64,000 bases of DNA from Rubrivivax sp. (GTDB taxonomy: Bacteria > Pseudomonadota > Gammaproteobacteria > Burkholderiales > Burkholderiaceae_C): NCBI GenBank assembly GCA_047602205.1, contig JASGHX010000001.1, forward strand, positions 3,714,601 through 3,778,600, given 5' to 3'. Under the pieces are notes generated by a model. The model saw only the letters and a list, made by a program, of their open reading frames with translations. It searched no databases and was not told the origin of the DNA. Each line of letters opens with the position of its first letter. Within the stretch, counting starts at the first letter, position 1. Position numbers and translations under genes: made by a program. Positions 54,781 through 63,611 of this stretch are shown piece by piece.

Positions 54781-56811
54781 AGGTCGAACGTGTGATTCCC
54801 CTGCTGCCTGGGCGTCCCGTATCGACATCATCGGGTCGCCGAAGTGCAAGTCCTTGAGTTCATCCGGCGGTTGAACGTGGTGGCTCAGCGGGTGGATCTG
54901 CAGTGCGTCACGGCCCTTTCGCGCATATGCGGTCTTCCACTCCCACTCCACCCACTCGGACCTGGCCGAATGCTCTGACCAAAAGAGGAGAAACAGGTCC
55001 CGATCCATGATCTCGCGTTCGAGTTGGGGCTTCCATTCCTCGCCGGGATGCAGCGACATGCAGTCGAGGAAGATGTCGAGACTCGCACTGATCCGAGCAC
55101 TCGCGACGCGATCCAGCACGCGCTGCCGGTCCTCGCTCGAGTAGGACGCAAACGCCGTTCGGGAGGCCTTGGCACGCGCCTCGACCGTCGAGGTGCCTTC
55201 AATTCCGGCCGCAACCGATATGTCGAGCCGCAGCCGCGCGACCGTGATTCCATCCATCGAGACTTCGAACTTGAGAACGGACGTCCGCGCCGGGGCCGTG
55301 GTCGGCACGGTCACGTCGAATTCGACGAGAACGAACCGGCCCGACCATGTGGCCGCCTGCGTCTGTGGTTCGACGCCGAAATCGCTCGCGCTCAACCGAA
55401 CGTCGAACCGAGCCCCGATCTTCCAGCAGCAGGGTTGCAGGGCCATGTGCGAGGTTGACCGCGGGCTGAGCTTGCGAAGGATCTCGGCGACCGTCTCTTC
55501 GAGTTCGGGAACGTACGCGACGAGTCGTGCCGTGAACTCGTCGCCAGGGCGAACCGCCTGCGGCGCCGAGGCGCCGAGAAGGACTTCCGAGGCTTGGGCC
55601 TGGGGTGCAGGCGCATGCGTGCCGGGGTGCTGCTCGACCGCCGGCACGGCAGGCATGCGAGGTGCGGGCGCCCCGCCGACGATGGACAGGTGCTCGATGC
55701 CCGCGGCCAGGTCCTGGGTCCTCGCGCGCTGACTCGTCAGCTTGACCTGCAGGCGAAAGTCATTCAGCGAGGAGGCATGGCGCAGCGCATCTTCGTAGCT
55801 GATGTGGTTGGCCTCGTACAGATCGAACAGCGCCTGGTCGAAGGTCTGCATGCCCAGTTGGCGGCTGCGCTTGACCATCTCGTTCATGTCGCCGAACTCG
55901 CCCTTGGCGATCAGCTCGGACACCACGGGCGAATTGAGCAGGATCTCGACGGCCGCGATGCGGCCCCTGCCGCTCTGCCTGGGTATCAACTGCTGGGAGA
56001 CCAGAGCCTTCAGGTTCAGCGAGAGTTCCATCCAGGCTTGCTGGCGCCGATCGGCACCGACGAAGCTGCCGATCCGGCTCAGCGCGTCGACCGCATCCTT
56101 GGCGTTCAGCGTCGCCATGCACAGGTGGCCGGCCTCGGCGAACGCTACCGCATGCCGCCAGGCGGCACCGTCGCGGATCTCCCCCATCACGACGACGTCG
56201 GGTTCCTGCCGCAGCGCACTCCGATAGGCCTCTTCCAGGCTGTCGGTATCGACCCCGACCTCGCGCTGCGTGACGATGCAGTTCTTGTGCAGATGATCGA
56301 ATTCAATCGGATCCTCGATGCTGAGGATGTGGCCGTGTGAGTTCTCGTTGCGCCAGTCGATCAACGCGGCGAGCGTCGTGCTCCTGCCCGACCCATCGGT
56401 GCCGGCGACGACCACCACGCCCCTCCTGCTGAGGGCGACTTCGCCGAGCACCGCTGGCAGCCCCAGGCCGCCGAGGGTGGGCAATGCCTGGGTGACGGCG
56501 CGAAATACCAGCGCGATGCTGCCCTGCTGAAGAAACGCGTTCGCGCGGAAGCGCCCTGTGCCCGGCGAGCTGACCGAGAAGTTGCAGACCTTGGTGCTTT
56601 GGAGTTCGGCGGCCTGCTTGTCGTTCAGCACCGCGCGCGCCAGGGCCGACATGTGCCCGCTGGTCAGCGACTGCGGGCTGGCTCGGATCACCTGGCCGTC
56701 GACCTTGATGGCCGGCGGGAAGCCGGCCATGAGGAACAGGACGGAGCCGTTGCGGGTACGCGCCAACAGAAGCAGGTCTTCGACGAACTTCAGGGCCTGA
56801 TCGCGTTCCAT
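54778..56811 (-). CDS. PilU-like ATPase (degenerate) fused to a beta-rich domain and a C-terminal TIR domain, 677 aa
   Basis: aa 1-378 are full-length PilU (MERDQ..., FPPAIKVDG, SIEDPIEF, QREVGVDT, GEIRD, GMQTFDQALFDLYE, DLAAGIEHLSIV). aa ~553-665 are TIR_2 (AFASYSSED, IFLD..SLHPGEEW, FLLFWSEHSARSEWVEWEW). One uninterrupted ORF. Confidence 0.88.
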   Translation of the reverse strand: MERDQALKFVEDLLLLARTRNGSVLFLMAGFPPAIKVDGQVIRASPQSLTSGHMSALARAVLNDKQAAELQSTKVCNFSVSSPGTGRFRANAFLQQGSIALVFRAVTQALPTLGGLGLPAVLGEVALSRRGVVVVAGTDGSGRSTTLAALIDWRNENSHGHILSIEDPIEFDHLHKNCIVTQREVGVDTDSLEEAYRSALRQEPDVVVMGEIRDGAAWRHAVAFAEAGHLCMATLNAKDAVDALSRIGSFVGADRRQQAWMELSLNLKALVSQQLIPRQSGRGRIAAVEILLNSPVVSELIAKGEFGDMNEMVKRSRQLGMQTFDQALFDLYEANHISYEDALRHASSLNDFRLQVKLTSQRARTQDLAAGIEHLSIVGGAPAPRMPAVPAVEQHPGTHAPAPQAQASEVLLGASAPQAVRPGDEFTARLVAYVPELEETVAEILRKLSPRSTSHMALQPCCWKIGARFDVRLSASDFGVEPQTQAATWSGRFVLVEFDVTVPTTAPARTSVLKFEVSMDGITVARLRLDISVAAGIEGTSTVEARAKASRTAFASYSSEDRQRVLDRVASARISASLDIFLDCMSLHPGEEWKPQLEREIMDRDLFLLFWSEHSARSEWVEWEWKTAYARKGRDALQIHPLSHHVQPPDELKDLHFGDPMMSIRDAQAAGESHVRP

Positions 56812-57100
56812 GCGGAGAAGCTCCAGCTCGAGGCGTTGCGTACCATTCACCGCGGCGGTTCCACCCCGGGACTGATGTGCCGCCGAGCGGCATTGTCGCT
56901 GGCCCGCCGAGACTGCGAACGAGCCGCCCGAAGCTCACGAGCTTGCCGCAAGCCGCATGCGCGCGCGGCGTATGCATTCAGCGGATCGCTGAAGGGGTTC
57001 GGGGAGGCACCATGCGGCTCATGCAGCGGCGGACGCTCGCGGCGGGCCATCAACGAACCCAGCCCCGAGCGACACGCCCGCCCACGGCGGCATCGCCCCG

Positions 57101-57142
57101 CCGCGCATCGACCACCGCGCATCAACCACCGCGCATCGAACT
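57101..57142 (+). repeat. Three tandem 14-bp repeats
   Basis: ccgcgcatcgacca / ccgcgcatcaacca / ccgcgcatcgaact. Confidence 0.75.
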
Positions 57143-57177
57143 GCGCGCCCATGGGCGCCGCCTTGGCGCGTCGCGGC

Positions 57178-57909
57178 TTACACGCTCGGCTCGACGGCCC
57201 GGATCGGTCGCCTGCGACGCAGCTTCAGTACGGCCATGCCCAGACCGAGCAGCACGAAGGTGGATGGCTCCGGCACCGGCGCCAGGGTGAGGGCCAGGAA
57301 CGTCGGAGGCGCGATGCCGTTGCTGGTGTCCACCCGCAGGCCGGGCGACAGCGAGAGAGAAATGAACGAGGGGTCGATCCCGTCGAAGGCGGCCGCTTCG
57401 ATGGCCGTACCGCTCTCGTCGACCACCACCTGGTACACGTGGCCGGCAATCACGTCGTGGAGACCGTGAAGTCGGTGGAGATCGATGGCTGCACCGAAGC
57501 GCAATCGAACACCTGGCTGGTGCAGATGCTGTAGCCGGCTGTCTCCAGTGTGCCCGTGGTGAGGTCGCGCAGCTGCACGTACTCGCGCAGGTAGGCGAAC
57601 TGCGGGATGTAGGGCGACGAGGGTGGATCGGCCGAGACCGTGCCCTGGAAGTGCACCGTGGACGAAAAGGTGCCCGAGTTGGTGAATTGAATGTTGATGC
57701 CGAACCGAGCCAAGCGCCGCCGCGGCTGCTGGCGCTCGATGAGGGCGCGATGCTGGCCGCTTGACAGTCACGTTGGCGAGCCAGGCACACGGCATGACGA
57801 GCAGGGTGACCCGGTGACGGCGGGCCGCCCTGGTGGCGCTGGGTGCGGGCGCTCGCCAGGGCTTGGCGAGGGCGATCAGGCCGTGGGTTGAGGGGGCTGT
57901 CGGGCGCAC
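57178..57909 (-). pseudogene. PEP-CTERM surface protein, frameshifted (5' end unclear)
   Basis: C-terminal VPEPSTFVLLGLGMAVLKLRRRR sorting signal; the upstream Thr/Ser-rich body (57450..57713) is in another frame; no clear signal peptide in frame. Confidence 0.65.
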
Positions 57910-58024
57910 TTTGAGGGCGGATTGCGGGCGGCGACCGGCGCCGGAGTGGTCGGTGGGCGTTCCAGGGGCGCCTCGGGGTGTTCAAGTTGGGCCCGGATTT
58001 GACAGAATGGTTGTTGAAGTTCCT

Positions 58025-58273
58025 ATGCTCCGACGAGACGCCGAGGCAGAAGAAGCAGGCGTCGTGGCCAGGCATGGCGGCGGCGATCGGTTCGGGATCG
58101 AACAGGTCGGCGTGCAGGATCTGCGTGACCTTGGGGCCGGCCGCTTCGGGCAGATCGGCCGGCAGCTTCGAGCGGCCGGCGCAGGTGACCTACGTAACGT
58201 CGACGGCGCGCACGCACTCGCGGAGGACCGGTTGGCCGACCATGCCGGTGGTGCCGAAAAGGAGGATCTTCAT
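58025..58273 (-). pseudogene. NAD(P)-binding epimerase/Rossmann-fold fragment
   Basis: Own translation MKILLFGTTGMVGQPVLRECV..VT*VTCAGRS...HADLFD...HDACFFCLGVSS; internal TAG and truncation. Confidence 0.75.
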
Positions 58274-58293
58274 GGCGGGGGATGGTACGGTCC

Positions 58294-59850
58294 TCACGCC
58301 GGCCCGACCGCCGGCGGCAGCGCCGCCATGACGTCGTTCGGTCTGCACATCAGTCGTTGCATCAGCTCCTCGCGAAGGCCACGGTAGGCCGGGTCATCAA
58401 AGCGATTGACGCACTCGTGGGGGTCTTCACGCAGGTCGTAGAGTTCCCCGGCGCCGGAGCCCCGTTCGAGGGTCAGTTTCGCATCGACGCTGCGAACGCC
58501 GCGCAGGTCGAGTGCCACGCCACAACGCGACGGTCCGAGCCGCCATTCGGTGTAGGCATGCCCGCGCGAGCCCGGGTCTTGCGCAACGCCCTCCACCAGT
58601 GGCCGAAGCGATCGGCTATGCGCGGCCATTGGTATCGGCACGCCGGCGTAGTCGCCGAATGTGGCCGCCAGGTCGACCGTCGACACCGGGTCGGCGACGA
58701 CCCGCTGTGCAGGCACGCCGGGCCCGCGCAGGATCAGGCCGACCCGCAGCAGCCCTTCGTAGAACATCGGTCCCTTCAGCACGAGCCCGTGGTCACCCAG
58801 CCAGTCGCCGTGGTCGGAAGTGAAGACCACCAAGGTGTCGTCGGCCAGGCCTTCGTCCTGCAGTGCCGCCAGCATGCGGCCGACGTTGTGGTCGACCAAC
58901 GAAACCATGCCGTAGTAGTTGGCGATCAGCTCGCGCAACTGGGAGTCGTTTTGCTGAGGCATGCGCGAGTACTCGCGGCGCACCCGGCTGGCGGGTCCTC
59001 GCGGCGGGTTGTCGAGCGCAGCCCGATGCCACCAGGGTCGCCGCTCGAGGTCGCGCGTTCTCTGAATCGGCAGGTCGACTTCCTGTGGCCGGTGCATCTC
59101 GCTCCACGGCATGGGTGCGTCGAACGGGTGATGCGGATCGGCAAACGACACCCAGGCGCAGAACGGGCGGGCGGAGCCGCTGCGGCGCTCTCGCCCCCGC
59201 CCGCGAAGGTACTCGACCCCGCGGTCGCCGACCCAGCTGCTGTTGTGCCATGCCGTCGGCAGCGCCGATGCGTGCGTTTGCGCGGCCGTGACCGACGGGC
59301 CGACGTGTCGCCGATACAGATCGTCCTTGAGGTCGCCGAGGCCGTCGGCGTGGTACCAGCGCTCGTAGTGCATGCCACCGGGCGGGCGCTCGGGCAGCCA
59401 GTAGTTGTGTCCCAGCTGCATCAGCTCGACATGCTCGAAACCCATGTATGGGCCGTGCCAGTCGTCGGCGAATCGGTGCGAGCTCGCGACGTTCTCGCAA
59501 CGTCCAGTCGGCTGCGCCGAATGGTTGCTGGAGAAGTGGGCCTTGCCGATGAACGCCGTGTGATAACCGTTGCGGCTCAGCGTGCCGGCAAACCCGTTCG
59601 CCGCGATGCCGGGGGCCAGGTCGATGCCGTTGTCGGCCGTGCCGTGGGTCAGCGGCAGCAGACCGGTCAGGATCGACGCTCGTGCGGGCATGCACACCAC
59701 ATTGGGCGTGATGCAAGTGGAGAAGCGAGTGCCCTGTCGCGCCAGGAGATCCAGATGCGGCGTGCGAACGCGGCGGCCCTCGAAGCCAAAGCAATCGCCG
59801 CGGTGCTGGTCGCTGGTGAGCAGGAGAATGTTCTGTCGCCGGATCTCCAC
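58294..59850 (-). CDS. Cys-type (formylglycine) sulfatase
   Basis: NILLLTSDQHR, CMPARASILTG (CxPxR), GYHTAFIGKAH, DPHHPF, FTSDHGDWLGDHG, ELYDLREDPHE. Confidence 0.93.
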   Translation of the reverse strand: MEIRRQNILLLTSDQHRGDCFGFEGRRVRTPHLDLLARQGTRFSTCITPNVVCMPARASILTGLLPLTHGTADNGIDLAPGIAANGFAGTLSRNGYHTAFIGKAHFSSNHSAQPTGRCENVASSHRFADDWHGPYMGFEHVELMQLGHNYWLPERPPGGMHYERWYHADGLGDLKDDLYRRHVGPSVTAAQTHASALPTAWHNSSWVGDRGVEYLRGRGRERRSGSARPFCAWVSFADPHHPFDAPMPWSEMHRPQEVDLPIQRTRDLERRPWWHRAALDNPPRGPASRVRREYSRMPQQNDSQLRELIANYYGMVSLVDHNVGRMLAALQDEGLADDTLVVFTSDHGDWLGDHGLVLKGPMFYEGLLRVGLILRGPGVPAQRVVADPVSTVDLAATFGDYAGVPIPMAAHSRSLRPLVEGVAQDPGSRGHAYTEWRLGPSRCGVALDLRGVRSVDAKLTLERGSGAGELYDLREDPHECVNRFDDPAYRGLREELMQRLMCRPNDVMAALPPAVGPA

Positions 59851-59854
59851 GGCG

Positions 59855-60829
59855 TCAGTCTTCGGCCTTGTAGCCCGTCGCCTTCACCATGGCGCCCCAG
59901 TGCTCGTACTCGGCGGCGAGGCGCTTGGCGATGGCCTCCTGCGAGAGCGTCAGAGGAGTGAAGTCAGCGGCTTCCAGAGCCGCCTTTACGCCGGGCTCGG
60001 CGGCCGCCGCGCTCAGCCGCTCCGCCCACTCCTTCTGGGTGGCGATCGGCGTGCGGGTGAGCGCCACGAACACGAACATCTCGCCGATGGTCAGCGCCGG
60101 GAAGCCGGACTCGGCGAAGGTCGGCACGTCGGGCAGATCGGGCAGTCGCTTCGCGGCGGAGTGGGCAAGGATCCGGACCTTGCCGGCCTTGTGCGGCTGG
60201 ACCAGGTTGGACACCGTCGTGAACACGGCCGGGATCGTGCCGCCCATCACGTCGGTCAGTGCCGGGGCGCCTCCGCGGTAGGGAACATGCTGCAGTTGGA
60301 CATTTGCTTGGGCGGCCAGTTGCACGCCGATGAAGTGCATCGCCGACCCGGCGCCCGGCGAGCCGAACTGCGCCTTGCCGGGGTTGGCCCGCGCCCAGGC
60401 GATGAACTCGGGCAGGGTCCTGGCGGGCACCTCCGGCCCGACGGCCACGCCGAAGGCGAGCTCGCAAGCGGTCGCCAAAGGTGCAAAGTCGCGCAGGCCG
60501 TCGTAGCGAAGCTTGGCGTAGATGTGCGGATAGAGCGTCAGATTACCTCCGGGCACCAGCATCACGGTGCTGCCGTCGGCAGAGCCGGCCAGCAAGGCGT
60601 CGGCGGCCAGCCGGCCGCCGGCGCCTGCCTTGTTGTCGATGAGCGCCGTGCAGCCCTGGCGGCGCAGGCCCTCGCCGACGGCGCGGGCCACCGTGTCGGG
60701 CGCGCCGCCGGCCGGATAGCCCACCAGGACATTGAGCTTCTTCGCGGGCTGCGCCGCCGCGATCAGGGACCCGGTGAGGGACGCAGCGGCACCGAGCAGG
60801 GCGAGAGTCTGGCGTCGATGAAGCGGCAT
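59855..60829 (-). CDS. Bug/TctC tripartite tricarboxylate transporter substrate-binding protein
   Basis: Tat-like leader RRQTL, VGYPAGGAPDTVAR, NKAGAGG, GSPGAGSAMH, HVPYRGGAPALTD, PDVPTFAESG. Confidence 0.93.
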   Translation of the reverse strand: MPLHRRQTLALLGAAASLTGSLIAAAQPAKKLNVLVGYPAGGAPDTVARAVGEGLRRQGCTALIDNKAGAGGRLAADALLAGSADGSTVMLVPGGNLTLYPHIYAKLRYDGLRDFAPLATACELAFGVAVGPEVPARTLPEFIAWARANPGKAQFGSPGAGSAMHFIGVQLAAQANVQLQHVPYRGGAPALTDVMGGTIPAVFTTVSNLVQPHKAGKVRILAHSAAKRLPDLPDVPTFAESGFPALTIGEMFVFVALTRTPIATQKEWAERLSAAAAEPGVKAALEAADFTPLTLSQEAIAKRLAAEYEHWGAMVKATGYKAED

Positions 60830-60978
60830 GTCGGCTTCCCGGAGGTCGCGATGGTGCTCGCATTGTTGGCAAGCGCCTCCGCGGCGTCAGTTCCCGCTGG
60901 AACAAGAATGGGGGTACACGGCGGACTACACTGGTACGCCCGCCTGTCGCCGCGCTCGCTGACGGAGAGGCCCCGCCG

Positions 60979-61662
60979 ATGCATCCGTCCGACGAAGCGA
61001 TCGACAGCCGCGAGCAGAGTCGCCATCTGGCCCTGGAGCTGGCTCCGTTCGTGAAGCTTTCGGAGCGTCCGCTGCTGCAGATCAGCGCGGGCACGACGCT
61101 GATGTGGGCCGGCGAGAGGTTTACGCGGATCGCGTTTCTGGAGACGGGCCTGGTCAACGCTGTCCTGCATCTGCATGGTGCCGAAGGCGGACAGGTCATC
61201 CCGATCTCGTTCGGGGGCGGCGAGGTGGTGGCCCTGTCTCGCCTGTTCGGCAACGAACCCGGTCAGCTCGATCTTGTCGCAGCCACCGACTTGCGCTTGC
61301 GTTGGGTACCCAAGACTGAAGTCGAGCAGGCCTTGCTGCAGCGCCAGGACCTGTTGGTGCTGCTGGTGCGGTTCCTGGCCGCTCGCTTGCGCGAAGTACA
61401 GTCGCGCGAAGCCGGCTGGCTCGAGCGCGGCGTGCGCGAGCGCGTATGCGCGACCTTGGTTCGGCTGGCGCGAGAGTCGACGCCGCTCACTGGCGCACGC
61501 TGGTTGATCGACGCGACACACGAGGATCTGGCCGTGCGCTGCGGCGTCAGCCGACCGAAGGTCTCCGGCGAGCTGAAGCGACTCGAGAAGATCGGCCTGT
61601 TGCGTCTGGGTCGGGGCGTCGTCGAGATCCTGGACTCGGAACGCCTCTTGGGGGGCTCTTGA
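60979..61662 (+). CDS. Crp/Fnr-family transcriptional regulator
   Basis: cNMP-binding-like N-domain; C-terminal HTH ATHEDLAVRCGVSRPKVSGELKRLEKIGLLRLGRG; divergent from Bug-sulfatase. Confidence 0.85.
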   Translation: MHPSDEAIDSREQSRHLALELAPFVKLSERPLLQISAGTTLMWAGERFTRIAFLETGLVNAVLHLHGAEGGQVIPISFGGGEVVALSRLFGNEPGQLDLVAATDLRLRWVPKTEVEQALLQRQDLLVLLVRFLAARLREVQSREAGWLERGVRERVCATLVRLARESTPLTGARWLIDATHEDLAVRCGVSRPKVSGELKRLEKIGLLRLGRGVVEILDSERLLGGS

Positions 61663-61934
61663 CGGCAGGTCGATGACCACTGAGCGGCACGAAGCAGCGC
61701 TCCATCATTCCGGGTGAAGTCGCTGTTCTGCTTGGCCGCGCGGGCGGCGGCGGGCCGGCCGCTGAAAGGCTACCGCGCATGGCGAACAATCTCGGCATGA
61801 ACGCCTTGCAAACCCGCATCGCCGGCGTCGCGCCTCTCGCGCTGGTCGCCCTGCTCGCCGCCGGCCCCGCCCACGCCGGCCAGGACTCCCGTACGCTCGG
61901 CTGGCCGCCGCCACGAGGCGGCGGCCAGGCGCCT

Positions 61935-62160
61935 CATCGGACTCGCCCCCAAGGTGCCCACTCCGCCGTGGGGTCGTGACGAGCACAGGGTCGGCGAGAT
62001 GTGGAACTCCAACTCGGTGATCTCCTGGCTTCTGGCGCGAAGCGGCATCGGAGTGGAGAAGGCGAGTCCGCCTGCGCATGGACGGGCGCCCGGCCGGGGT
62101 GCGGGTCTGGCGGTGGCGGCGGCGCAACAACGTGGGGTGGCACATCCGCCGTTTGCGTGA
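61935..62160 (+). pseudogene. C-terminal fragment of a conserved hypothetical protein
   Basis: PTPPWGRDEHRVGEMWNSNSVISWLLARSG...PPAHGRAPG looks like a conserved-family motif (from memory); no matching N-terminus in frame. Confidence 0.45.
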
Positions 62161-62302
62161 GCGGGTTCGACCCCGCTTGGCCGCCGCAGCACAGGGGAGA
62201 ACGAGAACGGCTGCCGCCTTGAACACCTGCTGAATCCTTTTCGACCGCATGCCCCTCCTTGTCTACGATGCTCGCCGTGATCGGGCAGATCGAGGTGATG
62301 AG

Positions 62303-62515
62303 ATGTTCTACCGCAAGAACATGGGCCCCAAGGAAAGCTGGGCGCGGGCGATCGGTGGTGCGTTGATCGTGGCCTGCTCACTCACGCAGATCGGTCCGAC
62401 GCCGCTCGGCTGGGTGCTTGCCGGAAGCGGCGTGCTGACGGCGCTGACGGGGCTGATCGGCTTCTGCCCCGCTTGTGCCATGGCCGGCCGCAAGCCGCGC
62501 GAAGGTCCACGGTGA
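62303..62515 (+). CDS. DUF2892 (YgaP-like) small membrane protein
   Basis: KNMGPKESWAR, two TMs, LTGLIGFCPACAMAG. Confidence 0.85.
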   Translation: MFYRKNMGPKESWARAIGGALIVACSLTQIGPTPLGWVLAGSGVLTALTGLIGFCPACAMAGRKPREGPR

Positions 62516-63054
62516 TCCGGGTCGATGCAGCCTTGTTCGCCGCCGCCCAGGCTGGCGATCCGGCCGCTCTGGACAGGATGCTGCGCGAACTGCAGCCCGA
62601 CATCCGCCGCTATGCAAGGCGCCAGTGCCATCGCACGACGGCCATCGAGGACGTGGTTCAGGAAGCGCTGATCGTGCTGTACCGCCGCCTGGGCAACGTG
62701 CGCGACCCGCTGGCCATCGCGGGCTGGATATTCCGCGTGGTCACCCGGCTGTGCATGCTTCCCGTACTGGGGCTGATACGGGGCGCGGAAGAACTGACGG
62801 AGCGGCACGAGGCCGAGTACTTTGCGCAGGTTCCGAAGGACGATCTGCGCATCGACGTCGTCCGTGCGCTGGAGTCGCTGCCGGACATGTACCGCGAAGT
62901 GATCCTGCTGCGCGACATGGAGCAGCTCACCATCGCCGAGGCGGCCGATCGCTTGCGCATCACTCGCGAAGCCTGCAAGAGTCGTATTCATCGCGGCCGC
63001 GCGCTTCTGCGCGAGTACCTGCAAGGCGATGAGCCGCGAGGAGGAAAGAAATGA
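62512..63054 (+). CDS. ECF-type RNA polymerase sigma factor
   Basis: IEDVVQEALIVLY region 2; ALESLPDMYREVILLRDMEQLTIAEAADRLRITREACKSRIHRGR region 4; GTGA overlap with DUF2892. Confidence 0.92.
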   Translation: MIRVDAALFAAAQAGDPAALDRMLRELQPDIRRYARRQCHRTTAIEDVVQEALIVLYRRLGNVRDPLAIAGWIFRVVTRLCMLPVLGLIRGAEELTERHEAEYFAQVPKDDLRIDVVRALESLPDMYREVILLRDMEQLTIAEAADRLRITREACKSRIHRGRALLREYLQGDEPRGGKK

Positions 63055-63074
63055 AGCCATTGAGAGGTTGCCTT

Positions 63075-63611
63075 ATGAGCACGCAGCAACGAGTGTCGGG
63101 AACCGCCGAGCAACGAATCATTGCCGTCCTGGGCTCGGCGGTTTTCTTCGTGGTCGCCCCATGCACGCTGGCAGGGCTCATTCCATGGTGGATTACGGGT
63201 TGGCAACTCCAGCCGCCGTTCCTGGGTCTGGAGCTGACGCGCGGCGTCGGCGCGGTCCTGATTCTGGCAGGCGTGCCTGGGCTCGTTGACGCATTTGCGC
63301 GTTTCGCGCTGCAGGGTCTCGGCACCCCCGCGCCCATCGCGCCGCCCCGGAATCTCGTGGTGACCGGTCTCTACCGTTATGTGCGCAATCCCATCTACGT
63401 CGCGCTCGTTGCCATCGTCCTGGGCCAGGCGGTGCTGATGGGCGATTGGCGCCTCATCGCCTGGGGCGCGCTGCTCTGGCTCTCGTTCCACGCGGTCGTC
63501 GTGGCGTCCGAAGAACCTTCGCTCGAGCAGACGTTTGGGAGCGAGTACGCGGCGTACCGCGCCGCCGTCCCGCGCTGGATACCGCGGATGACCCCATGGC
63601 GGCCGGAATGA
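63075..63611 (+). CDS. Isoprenylcysteine carboxyl methyltransferase / PEMT family membrane protein
   Basis: GLGTPAPIAPPRNLVVTGLYRYVRNPIYV, EEPSLEQTFGSEYAAYRAAVPRWIP. Confidence 0.9.
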   Translation: MSTQQRVSGTAEQRIIAVLGSAVFFVVAPCTLAGLIPWWITGWQLQPPFLGLELTRGVGAVLILAGVPGLVDAFARFALQGLGTPAPIAPPRNLVVTGLYRYVRNPIYVALVAIVLGQAVLMGDWRLIAWGALLWLSFHAVVVASEEPSLEQTFGSEYAAYRAAVPRWIPRMTPWRPE

